From a candidate division FCPU426 bacterium (GTDB lineage Bacteria > Oederibacteriota > JAAXVQ01 > JAUVAV01): a stretch of 64,000 bases of DNA. Shown here piece by piece: positions 49,242 through 58,056 of the stretch; within the stretch, counting starts at the first letter, position 1; each line of letters opens with the position of its first letter. The notes below the pieces were generated by a model. It saw only the letters and a list, made by a program, of their open reading frames with translations, was not told the origin of the DNA and made no database searches. A program made the position numbers and the translations under genes. The stretch covers positions 295,073-359,072 of the forward strand of contig JBFLYH010000003.1 in NCBI GenBank assembly GCA_040756875.1, given 5' to 3'.

Positions 49242-49277
49242 GCCGGCCTCCGGCGCCATTTGGCGCCGGAGGCCGGT
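49242..49277 (-). terminator. 15-16-bp GC-rich hairpin directly after the ctpA stop (no U-tract)
   Basis: GCCGGCCTCCGGCGCC-attt-GGCGCCGGAGGCCGGT. Confidence 0.35.
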
Positions 49278-49282
49278 GGACA

Positions 49283-50791
49283 TTAATGCGACATTTGCAA
49301 AATCTTGATGGCGTCCTTAGCGCGCTGCACCTGGGGGTCGATTTCGAGTTTCAGCCGGCGCGCCGCTTTAACGCCTTCCAGCTTCTCGGCGATCTCCTGG
49401 CGCACTTCCCCCAGGATAAACCGCAGGTCTTCGTTCCACTGGACGGTGTTGATTTCGACGTTCTGTTCCTTGAGCCACTGCTGGAGGGCGTCGGCCAGCA
49501 GCTCGTCGTTGGTTTTCGGTTTGAGCTTGCTCCAGGATTTTTCGGAAACCTTGACGGCTTCGTGATTCTCCTGCGCCTCTTCCCCTTTAGGATGGCGTTT
49601 CAGATAATAGAGGGCGAATTCCTTGAAATACCCGCTACTGCGCATTTTCAGCATGAACTCGTTGGGTTCGAAGGGATCCACGGTCAAATCCGGCGTGATG
49701 CCGTTGCCGTGAATCAGCTGGCCTTTGGGAGTCAGATACCTCGCAGTGGTGATGCGCAGGGCCGAGCCGTCGCCCAGGGGGATGATGGTCTGAACCGAGC
49801 CTTTGCCGAAGGTCTTTTGGCCCACGATCACGCCCAGGTTCCAATCCTGGACCGCGCCCGCGACGATTTCGGAAGCCGAGGCCGATCCGGCGTTGACCAG
49901 CAGGGTCAAAGGCACGGCTTTCATGGGCCTCAGGGCCGAGGAAAAGAACCGTATGTTTTGCGACTTGTGCCGGCCTTCGGTATAGACGATCAGCTTGCCC
50001 TGGGGCACGAAGTACTCGGCGATTTCAGCGGCCATGTTCAGGAGCCCGCCGGGATTGTTGCGCAAATCCACGATCAGGCCCTTCATGTTCTGGGATTCCA
50101 GGGCCCGCAAGGCCTGGTTGAAATCCTCGCCCGTGCGTTCCATGAATTCGGTGATGCGGATGTAGCCGATTTGGTCGGACAGCATGTCGTAACGGATGGA
50201 CTGGATTTTGATGATGTCCCGGATCAGGGGCACGTCGAACCAGTCCACGGTTCCCCGGCGGCGGATGGTGATCACGCATTTGGTGCCCTTGGGTCCGCGC
50301 ATTTTATGCACCGCGTCCAGAATGGTGATGCCCTCGGTGCTTTCACCGTCGATCTTCATGATCTCGTCGCCGGGCTGGATGCCGGCGCGCTCGGCGGGCG
50401 TGCCGTCGATCGGCGAGATGATCGTCAGCTGGCTGTTGCGGATGGCGATTTCAATCCCCAGGCCGCCGAAACTGCCCCGGGTGTCCTCCCGCATGTCCTG
50501 GTAGCTCTGGGGGTCCATGAACTGGCTGTAGGGATCCAGTTCGTTCACCATGCCCTTGATCGCGCCGTAGACGAGGTCTTTCTGGTTGATTTTCTCCACG
50601 TCCACGTAATTGTTCTTGATCAAGGCCATGGATTGGATCAGCGGCCGGAGGCTTTCATAACTGTCTTCGGTGAGATTGACATCCTCCCCGGCGGAACGCG
50701 AGGCGCCGGAGAGCCAGCCCCCGAAAAACCCCATCAGGGTGATGAACAAAACCAGAGTGGTGGTCCAGATGGCTTTCTTGAGATTGAACAT
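49283..50791 (-). CDS. carboxy-terminal processing (S41, Ctp/Prc-type) protease, 502 aa
   Basis: Signal anchor, PDZ 'GIQPGDEIMKIDG', 'GLIVDLRNNPGG', catalytic 'SASASEIVAGA' and 'GKGSVQ'. ATG 50791 has GGAGG upstream. Confidence 0.9.
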   Translation of the reverse strand: MFNLKKAIWTTTLVLFITLMGFFGGWLSGASRSAGEDVNLTEDSYESLRPLIQSMALIKNNYVDVEKINQKDLVYGAIKGMVNELDPYSQFMDPQSYQDMREDTRGSFGGLGIEIAIRNSQLTIISPIDGTPAERAGIQPGDEIMKIDGESTEGITILDAVHKMRGPKGTKCVITIRRRGTVDWFDVPLIRDIIKIQSIRYDMLSDQIGYIRITEFMERTGEDFNQALRALESQNMKGLIVDLRNNPGGLLNMAAEIAEYFVPQGKLIVYTEGRHKSQNIRFFSSALRPMKAVPLTLLVNAGSASASEIVAGAVQDWNLGVIVGQKTFGKGSVQTIIPLGDGSALRITTARYLTPKGQLIHGNGITPDLTVDPFEPNEFMLKMRSSGYFKEFALYYLKRHPKGEEAQENHEAVKVSEKSWSKLKPKTNDELLADALQQWLKEQNVEINTVQWNEDLRFILGEVRQEIAEKLEGVKAARRLKLEIDPQVQRAKDAIKILQMSH

Positions 50792-50814
50792 GCGACAATG
50801 ACCTCCTCGGCGGC

Positions 50815-52017
50815 TCAGCGTTCCAGCCACTCCAGCGGGTCGAGCGCTTCGCCCCGCCGGCGGATTTCAAAGTATAAAACCGGCCCTTTCCAGGTGCCGG
50901 AGTCGCCCAATTCACCGATCACCTGGCCGGATTGCACCGTTTGGCCTTCGGAAACCAGGATTTTCTGCAGGTGGGCATACACGCTGTTGAACCCGGCGCC
51001 ATGGTCCAGTATTACCATGCGGCCGTAGCCCTCGAACCATTCGGCGAACAGCACTTCGCCCTGGGCGACGGAAAAAACATTTTGACCCATCGCTCCGGCG
51101 ATGTCAATTCCTTTGTGTAATATATAGGTATTAAAGCGGGGATGCTTGGCCCGGCCAAAGCGCGTGACGACCCTGCCCCGGGTCGGCCAGGGGAGGGCCC
51201 GGCGCTGCTGGGCGAATTGCCGGCCGGACTGGGCCAGGCGTTTGGAAATGCGCCGCGCGCGCCGCTCCAGCTCCGCGATCAAGGCGGTCAGGCGCTGCGA
51301 GGCCTCATTGAGTTCGCGCAGGGCCTCTTCCTGTTCGGTGCGTTCCTGCCGGACCCGCCCCAGGATTTTTTCGCGGCTGAGCTTGTGGGCCTTGATCTTG
51401 TCCACGGTCCGGCGGGCGGCCTCTTCCAGATCCGACGCCTGGTCTTCGCGCTGCCCGAGTTCGGCCTGCTGGGACAGCATCTGGGTCCTGCGCAGCAGCA
51501 TTTGCCGGATCAGATCCCCGTTTTGCGCCGCCAGCACGTGGAAAAATTTCACCCGCGCGAGGCCCTGGCTCAGCGAAGGCGAAGTCAGCAAGGTCCGCCA
51601 GAACCCCGCCTGCTGCTCCCGGTAAAGCAGCCGCAGGCGCACGGCTAGCAGGGCGCGCAATTGATCCACTGCAGCCTGATTTTGCTTCAACTTGAACTGC
51701 AAGTTGGCGATGGCCGTGCGCACCAGGCGAAGATTGCCTACCTGCTCTTCGTGCTGGGCCTCGGCTTCCTCGATTTTCTGGCCAACCTGCTGGATTTCGG
51801 AAAGGATGGAGCGTTCGCGCCGGCGTTTCTGGCGAACGGTTTGCTCGGTCTGCCGGATCTGTTCACGCATTTCCTTTAGACCCCGGCGCTCCTGCTTCAG
51901 ATCCTGCCGCGCCCGGTTGAGTTGCTCCTGAAGTTCCTGCGGCGTCGCAGCCGCGGCGGAAAGCGGAGTGAACACACCCAGCAAAAGCGCGGCCACCCCG
52001 ATCAGCCGGGAAGTCAC
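50815..52017 (-). CDS. EnvC-like coiled-coil M23 (LytM-domain) protein, 400 aa
   Basis: ORF trimmed to GTG 52017, which overlaps the ftsX TGA as GTGA and yields a signal peptide (TSRLIGVAALLLGVFTPLSAAAA). About 250 aa of coiled coil follow. C-terminal 'HKGIDIA' ... 'ELGDSGTWKGPVLYFEIR'. Confidence 0.8.
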   Translation of the reverse strand: MTSRLIGVAALLLGVFTPLSAAAATPQELQEQLNRARQDLKQERRGLKEMREQIRQTEQTVRQKRRRERSILSEIQQVGQKIEEAEAQHEEQVGNLRLVRTAIANLQFKLKQNQAAVDQLRALLAVRLRLLYREQQAGFWRTLLTSPSLSQGLARVKFFHVLAAQNGDLIRQMLLRRTQMLSQQAELGQREDQASDLEEAARRTVDKIKAHKLSREKILGRVRQERTEQEEALRELNEASQRLTALIAELERRARRISKRLAQSGRQFAQQRRALPWPTRGRVVTRFGRAKHPRFNTYILHKGIDIAGAMGQNVFSVAQGEVLFAEWFEGYGRMVILDHGAGFNSVYAHLQKILVSEGQTVQSGQVIGELGDSGTWKGPVLYFEIRRRGEALDPLEWLER

Positions 52018-52893
52018 TCCACCAACTCCCGGCCCACGGAGACCAGGCTTCCCACCAAACCCAGGAAAGCTCCGGCTGCCATGAGCGCGGCCCAACCGGC
52101 GAGCGCCTGCCTGCCCGTATCCGGAGGCAGCAGCGCATCCAGGTCGAGCCCCAATTCGCCGCGGGCGAAGAACACCAGCAAGGACCAGAGGCCCCACAGC
52201 AGGCAGCCGGCCACCAGCCCCCCCAAAATGCCCTGAATCCCTCCCCAAATCAGAAAAGGCCCCCGGATGAAGGCGTCGGTGGCTCCGATCAAGCGCATGA
52301 GGCTGATCTCCTCGCGGCGGGCAAAGACCATCAGACTGATGATATTGCCGATCACGATCACCGCAGCCAGGACCAAGGCGGCGGTCAGCACCAGTACCGC
52401 CAGACGCACGAAGAGCAGGGCGCGTAAAAAGCGCTCGGCGTCGCCTCCGCCGTAACTGATCTCGGCCGCGTCCGGAAACTGCTTGAGCCAGGAAGCGAAC
52501 CGGGAGACGTTTTCCGGGGTTTTGTCCCACAAATCGATGCGGATCGAAGCGGGCAGCGGGTTCTCGCCCAGCACGGCCAGGAGTTCGGAGAGCGTCGGAT
52601 CGCCGTTGAAGCTTTCCAACGCCTCCTCGCGCGTCTGGTAAACCGCGCTCGCCACCTGGGGATAATCCTTGATTTTGGTGATCAGCGCCTCCACGCGCTT
52701 GGCGTCGGCGTCGTCGCGCAGGAACAGCACGACCTCGATCTTGTCCTGGAAAAAGCGGGTCAGTTGAAAAATGCCCAGATTGAGCACCAAAACCAGCCCC
52801 AGGGCCATGAGAGACATGCTCATGGCTCCCAGGGAGACCAGGTTCAGGCGCTTCGAGCGCCCGAGGCTTCGCACCGCCTCGCGGACAATGTAG

Positions 52894-52904
<11 letters not shown>
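52014..52904 (-). CDS. ftsX: cell division ABC transporter permease FtsX, 296 aa
   Basis: 'REAVRSLGRSKRLNLVSLGAMSMSL', a periplasmic domain and three C-terminal TM segments. Confidence 0.9.
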
Positions 52905-53571
<667 letters not shown>

Positions 53572-53602
53572 GGTTTGATTATAAATCCCCGTTCGTTGCG
53601 GG

Positions 53603-54643
53603 TCAATGTCCGCTTGGCCGCAGGCCCCAGGCGCGCAGCTGGCTCCGCACCCGGTCCGCACCCAGGCGGGAAGCCTCGCGCAGCGGCTTCAAGCGCTTTT
53701 TCAGCCCGGCCCGCAGTCCATTCCGCTGCCTTAGGATACGGCGCAGGGTCGCTCCGGCTTTTCCGGGTTCAAGCTCCATCTGCCCCAGTTCCTGCAGAAG
53801 GCGCGCGAGCTTGGGGTCTTGGCCGAAACCCGTCACTACGGCGCCGGCCTGGGCGCCGAGCACCAGGCCGTGGTAGCGCTGGCTGATGACGAGTTCCGCG
53901 TCCGCGAACCAGCGCACGGCGCCTTCGGAGGCGGCGATGAATTCGCAGTCGTGAAAAGCAGCCCGGCGGCGCAAGCGCTCCAGCAGTTCCCCGTCGCCGC
54001 GGTTCCCAAGGGCCACAAATCGGAGGTTGCGACCAGCCGCCCGGGCGAAGATCAGAATTTCCTCCAACCACGAGGGGACTTTATATTTCAACCAATCCGC
54101 ACGTAGACATATGACCCATGTTTTTCCCGAACGGTCTTTCTGCCAGGGCCGCAGCCATACCAGATCGCCGCCGGTTTGTACACGGGCCGGCTCCAATCCC
54201 TGTTCCAAGCACCAAGCCGAACTTTCCGGATCGCGCGGGATCACAAGGTCCGCGCGGCGCAGGACCTGTTTCGCCAGCCAGCGGTTCCCTGCCCAGCGCA
54301 AAGGGATAAAGCCCTGCCCCCACACGATGGTCCGCTTGCCCAGCCGCCGGGCCCAGTCCAGGAGGCCCAGGTAATAGGCCGGAGAGAAGGGACCGGACAC
54401 ATCCTGCACCAGGCCGCCCCCGCCGGAAATAAAAACCCGGCAGGCCTGCAGTTCCCGCCAGAGCGCGACTGGCTGCCAGCGGGACGCGGCGCGCACGCCA
54501 TGCCGCGCCTCGGTCGCCCGGGGGTCCTGCGAGAGAACGGTGATCTGTCCGCGCCACGGCGCCAGGGCATGTAGCAGGCCTTCCAGGATCAGCTCGTCGC
54601 CTTCATTACCGAAGCCGTAGTAGCCGGAAACCAGGATGGTCAC
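53603..54643 (-). CDS. csaB: polysaccharide pyruvyl transferase, CsaB-like, 346 aa
   Basis: 'ILVSGYYGFGNEGDELILEGLL' N-terminus and 'ISGGGGLVQD'. GTG start with AGGGGAG upstream. Confidence 0.8.
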   Translation of the reverse strand: MTILVSGYYGFGNEGDELILEGLLHALAPWRGQITVLSQDPRATEARHGVRAASRWQPVALWRELQACRVFISGGGGLVQDVSGPFSPAYYLGLLDWARRLGKRTIVWGQGFIPLRWAGNRWLAKQVLRRADLVIPRDPESSAWCLEQGLEPARVQTGGDLVWLRPWQKDRSGKTWVICLRADWLKYKVPSWLEEILIFARAAGRNLRFVALGNRGDGELLERLRRRAAFHDCEFIAASEGAVRWFADAELVISQRYHGLVLGAQAGAVVTGFGQDPKLARLLQELGQMELEPGKAGATLRRILRQRNGLRAGLKKRLKPLREASRLGADRVRSQLRAWGLRPSGH

Positions 54644-54694
54644 AAAACTCCCCTTTCGTCTTTCGCCTATCGTGTTTCGTCTTATTCGTTTCCA

Positions 54695-54734
54695 CCCCTC
54701 ACCCTACCCTCTCCCCGCAAGCGGGGCGAGGGGG
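54695..54734 (+). repeat. GC-rich REP-like palindromic element (family copy 1)
   Basis: CCCCTCACCCTACCCTCTCCCCGCAAGCGGGGCGAGGGGG, with a CCCCGC/GCGGGG hairpin core. Related copies lie at 57841-57885 (inverted) and 57961-58003. Confidence 0.7.
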
Positions 54735-54781
54735 AATACTATTCATGCTGGTTCTGCAATCAGCAACCATGGAGCCCCCCG

Positions 54782-54801
54782 GCGACTGAAAGAAGTCCCT
54801 T
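54782..54801. repeat. second copy of the exact 20-mer GCGACTGAAAGAAGTCCCTT
   Basis: See 17851..17870. Confidence 0.8.
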
Positions 54802-54835
54802 TAGGAACCGAAGGACCCGGGGCCTGCGCAGGGGA

Positions 54836-56797
54836 TCAAGGACTTCCCCTCTCGCCTCTCGCCTCTCGTCCTTTCGTTTTGAGAAGCCAGGCGTGCCATC
54901 CCAATACTCCCGCCAGCAGCAGCCCAAACACCAATGCTCCCAGCCACAGGCCGTGCAGCGTGCGCAGGGCGGTGATGGCCAGGGGCGTGTGCACGTGCAT
55001 GAAACTATTGATCAGGGAAATTTGCCCCAGCAGGCCGAGCCAGAGGCACCAGCGCGGCCACAGCCGTTCGCCGGCCGGCCGCCAGTGCCGGCCGAACAAT
55101 CCCAGGAGCAGCAAAGGATGCCCGAAAAGAAATTCTTTCAGCCGCGGCCTGACGCCCAGCCAGGTTTCCAGGTGGTCGCGAAACGCGAGCTCCAGGGAAG
55201 AAGCCGGAGCCCAGGTGGTGTTGCCGGTCCGCAGCCACAGCAGCCATCCCAGCGCGGCCAGCAGCGCCGCGCCCAGCACCAAAGCTGGCAGCCGTTTGGG
55301 CTTCCATTGCCGCCGCCACCAGGCCGGATCCGTCACGTCCGGAAAAAGATAGACACCTGCCAGTGCCAGGGGCAGCCCGTAGGCGGCCTTCACGCCCCAA
55401 AAACCGTCCACGCCCAGGATAAAATCCCGCTGGTACAGCAAGGCGGCGATGGCCAGGCCGGCGAGCGCGTTCCAAAAAACCAGGAGCGCAAATTCCTGCA
55501 AAGCCAAGCCGACGGCGCGTTGCCACGAGGCGGCAGGCCGGGGCGTTTCCAGCTTCAAGGCGTCGAGCGTCAGCAGCGGAACCAGGACCGCCAGCAGCCA
55601 GGCGGCGATCTTCGCGCCCCAAGCCGCCGACCCCTCCCCGTGCAGAATGAAAAGCGCCAACACCCCGAAGAGCGCCAGCCAGCGGAAGTAGAGCGGCCGT
55701 AAACGGATGGTCAGCACGCGCTCGATGGTGCCCGGGTCGCGGCCCGTGACCGCGGCGGCCCAGAGCGCCGCCTGCCAGGCGAAAAGGAAAATGATCGCCC
55801 CCACGCCCAGGTACAGCACTCCGGCCGCCACGTGGCCGAGGCGCCCGGCCGCCTGGCCGGCTGACGGCCCGCGGGCGATGCCGAAGCGGTCGAGATCCCG
55901 CGTTACGTCCTGCAGCAGTTCCAGGCTGCGGCTGAACGGCCACGCCGCCGGAGGGTTCAGGTATAGGAACCCCACCTGCCGCTCGCGGACCGCGCGCACC
56001 AGCCGGCGCCGGAGCTGCGAAAGCGTATGCCGCGAGGCCTCGCGGCCTTCCAGCACGTGCGCCCGGATCAGGGTTCTTCCCGACTGGCGCTGCAGCACGG
56101 GCAATGCGCTTCTGACCAGGGAAAACTCGGGAATCGCAGCCGCCGGCCGGCGCAACCAAGGGGTGCGGAAATAAGACCTGAAAAACGCGGCGGCATTGAG
56201 GCCGCCCTTCCAGATGGGAATGACCACCTCGGGCTGTAGCGAAGACAGCGCGCCGGTGAATTGGTTGAGGTCGTCCGTAACGCCCCAATCCCCGGCCGGC
56301 AGGGCCAGGGCACGGCGAAACCCCTCGGGCATGGGGCCGGCCGGAATTTCGAGGATGAAGCGGTCGGGCATGATTTTCGGAAGCGGCGCGGGCAGGGTGA
56401 CGTCGCAGATGAATTGCTGGTCGCGGATGCGGACCTGCAGGGCATCCAACCCGAACTGGCCGGTCAGATACACCACCGCATTGCTGGTTAACAGCGTGTC
56501 CGCGAGCCTGATTTCGATCCGCTCGGGCGCCGGATGCCAGGCTTCGGCCAGTCCGAAGCGGAGCATGTCCTGAAGGGTGTACGGCTCCCGCACCAGGGTC
56601 GTGACGCCCGCGGCCCGCAGGGCCTGCGGCGCCTCCGGATCCTTGGCGGTTTCAGCCAGCAAGCGCTGCTCGGAAAACGCGATTTCCACCCGCCGCGGCC
56701 TCGTCTCCCGGTCGAGGCGCTGCAGCGTCAGCCCGGCCACCCAGCCCAGGCCCGCCACCAGCAGCAAAGCCGCGGCCCAGCGCTCCAGCGGCTTCAT
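54836..56797 (-). CDS. large polytopic membrane protein with N-terminal extracytoplasmic domain (possibly DUF5693-like, csaB-associated), 653 aa
   Basis: One N-terminal TM segment, a ~330-aa soluble region, then about 9-10 TM segments. ORF trimmed to ATG 56797, which overlaps the mltG TGA as ATGA. Family guess is based on size, topology and csaB adjacency only. Confidence 0.55.
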   Translation of the reverse strand: MKPLERWAAALLLVAGLGWVAGLTLQRLDRETRPRRVEIAFSEQRLLAETAKDPEAPQALRAAGVTTLVREPYTLQDMLRFGLAEAWHPAPERIEIRLADTLLTSNAVVYLTGQFGLDALQVRIRDQQFICDVTLPAPLPKIMPDRFILEIPAGPMPEGFRRALALPAGDWGVTDDLNQFTGALSSLQPEVVIPIWKGGLNAAAFFRSYFRTPWLRRPAAAIPEFSLVRSALPVLQRQSGRTLIRAHVLEGREASRHTLSQLRRRLVRAVRERQVGFLYLNPPAAWPFSRSLELLQDVTRDLDRFGIARGPSAGQAAGRLGHVAAGVLYLGVGAIIFLFAWQAALWAAAVTGRDPGTIERVLTIRLRPLYFRWLALFGVLALFILHGEGSAAWGAKIAAWLLAVLVPLLTLDALKLETPRPAASWQRAVGLALQEFALLVFWNALAGLAIAALLYQRDFILGVDGFWGVKAAYGLPLALAGVYLFPDVTDPAWWRRQWKPKRLPALVLGAALLAALGWLLWLRTGNTTWAPASSLELAFRDHLETWLGVRPRLKEFLFGHPLLLLGLFGRHWRPAGERLWPRWCLWLGLLGQISLINSFMHVHTPLAITALRTLHGLWLGALVFGLLLAGVLGWHAWLLKTKGREARGERGSP

Positions 56798-57804
56798 TTC
56801 GGCGCAACGGGATGGAGGCGTTTTTGCCGCCATTTAGCGCGCTTGTGCGCGTCGAAATCTTCGGAAAAAATGTGCCGTCCGTCCGGGCCCAGCACGAAAA
56901 ACAGGTATTGGGTTTGGGCCGGATGGGCGGCGGCGCGGATCGCGGCCAGCCCCGGATTGCCGATGGGCCCCGGCGGCAGGCCGAAATGGCGGTAGGTGTT
57001 GTAAGGCGAAACCGTCTGCAGATCCTCCAGGCTCAAGCTGCCGGAAAGGCGCCCCTGGCTGTAGAGCACGGTGGCGCAGGATTCCAGGCGCTTGTGGCCG
57101 TGCAGGCGGTTGTAAAAAATGGAAGCCACGATTTCAAGTTCATCGCGGTGCGCCACTTCCCGTTCGAGAATGGAGGCCAGGGTGATGAGCTCAAGCGGTT
57201 TCAAGCCCTGGGCCTCGCCGGCCGCGAACAGGTCCTGTCCCACCTGGGCGTGAAACCGTTCGACCATGCGCCGCGCAATCTCCTTGGGGCTCAGGCCCTT
57301 GGTCAAGCGATAGGTGTCTGGAAACAGGAAGCCCTCCAGGCCGGCGGCCGGAACGCCCCATTCCTTGGCCACTTCAGGGTCCCGGACCACTTCCATAAAC
57401 GCCTCGCGGCCGGCCAGCCCGGCCTGTTCCAGGCGTTCAGCAATTTGAGCTGCGGTAAAGCCTTCGGGCACGGCCAGCGGCCGCTGCACCACATCGCCGG
57501 CCACCAGGCGGTGCACGACCTGAGGCAAGGGCTGGCGCGGCGGGAACTCATATTCCCCGGCCTTGAGCCGGCGGGCCGAACCGGTGAGCAGCACATAGGC
57601 CCTGAAAGCCCACGGCTGGCGGATCACGTTGGCCTCGTGCAATTGCCGGGCCATGGCCTGCGTCCGCGTTCCAGGCGCGATCTCCACCAGGCGCGCGGAC
57701 GTCCCGGGCGTTCCGCTTAAAGCCAGCCACGCCAGCAACCAGAGTACGGCTGCGCCGCACAACGCGATCAGCCACCACCACGGGCGGCGCAGAGAAAGGA
57801 ACAT
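56794..57804 (-). CDS. mltG: endolytic murein transglycosylase MltG (YceG-like), 336 aa
   Basis: N-terminal TM segment. 'ASILEREV', 'SPYNTYRHFGLPPGPIGNPG', 'YLFFV'. Confidence 0.9.
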   Translation of the reverse strand: MFLSLRRPWWWLIALCGAAVLWLLAWLALSGTPGTSARLVEIAPGTRTQAMARQLHEANVIRQPWAFRAYVLLTGSARRLKAGEYEFPPRQPLPQVVHRLVAGDVVQRPLAVPEGFTAAQIAERLEQAGLAGREAFMEVVRDPEVAKEWGVPAAGLEGFLFPDTYRLTKGLSPKEIARRMVERFHAQVGQDLFAAGEAQGLKPLELITLASILEREVAHRDELEIVASIFYNRLHGHKRLESCATVLYSQGRLSGSLSLEDLQTVSPYNTYRHFGLPPGPIGNPGLAAIRAAAHPAQTQYLFFVLGPDGRHIFSEDFDAHKRAKWRQKRLHPVAPK

Positions 57805-57840
57805 AAGGATTCTTTCCTTCGATAAGAATTAACAAAATAT

Positions 57841-58003
57841 CCCCTCTCCCCGGCGACAGCCGCGGGAGAGGGCGAGGGTGAGGGGTCCAGCAATTCTTTT
57901 TAATGCTTGAGGAAATCTGTAGGTAATTATCTTCTAATGCTTTCCTTGTTTTAAAGGAGCCCCCTCCCCTTCATACCCTCCCGCCATGTCCTGGGGAGGG
58001 GAG
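57841..58003. repeat. MITE-like unit: two ~43-45-nt GC-rich REP-like copies in inverted orientation around a 75-nt AT-rich core
   Basis: Left arm: CCCCTCTCCCCGGCGACAGCCGCGGGAGAGGGCGAGGGTGAGGGG. Reverse complement of the right arm: CTCCCCTCCCCAGGACATGGCGGGAGGGTATGAAGGGGAGGGG. No ORF and no clear target-site duplication. Confidence 0.5.
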
Positions 58004-58056
58004 AAGAGGTGATAGAGCGTTTATATCATAGTCGCAGGACAGGTTCAATCTTGGCT

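Noticed and set aside
49229-51028. 599-aa plus-strand ORF
   Set aside because: It is antisense to the Ctp protease gene, with no motifs. It is a shadow ORF.
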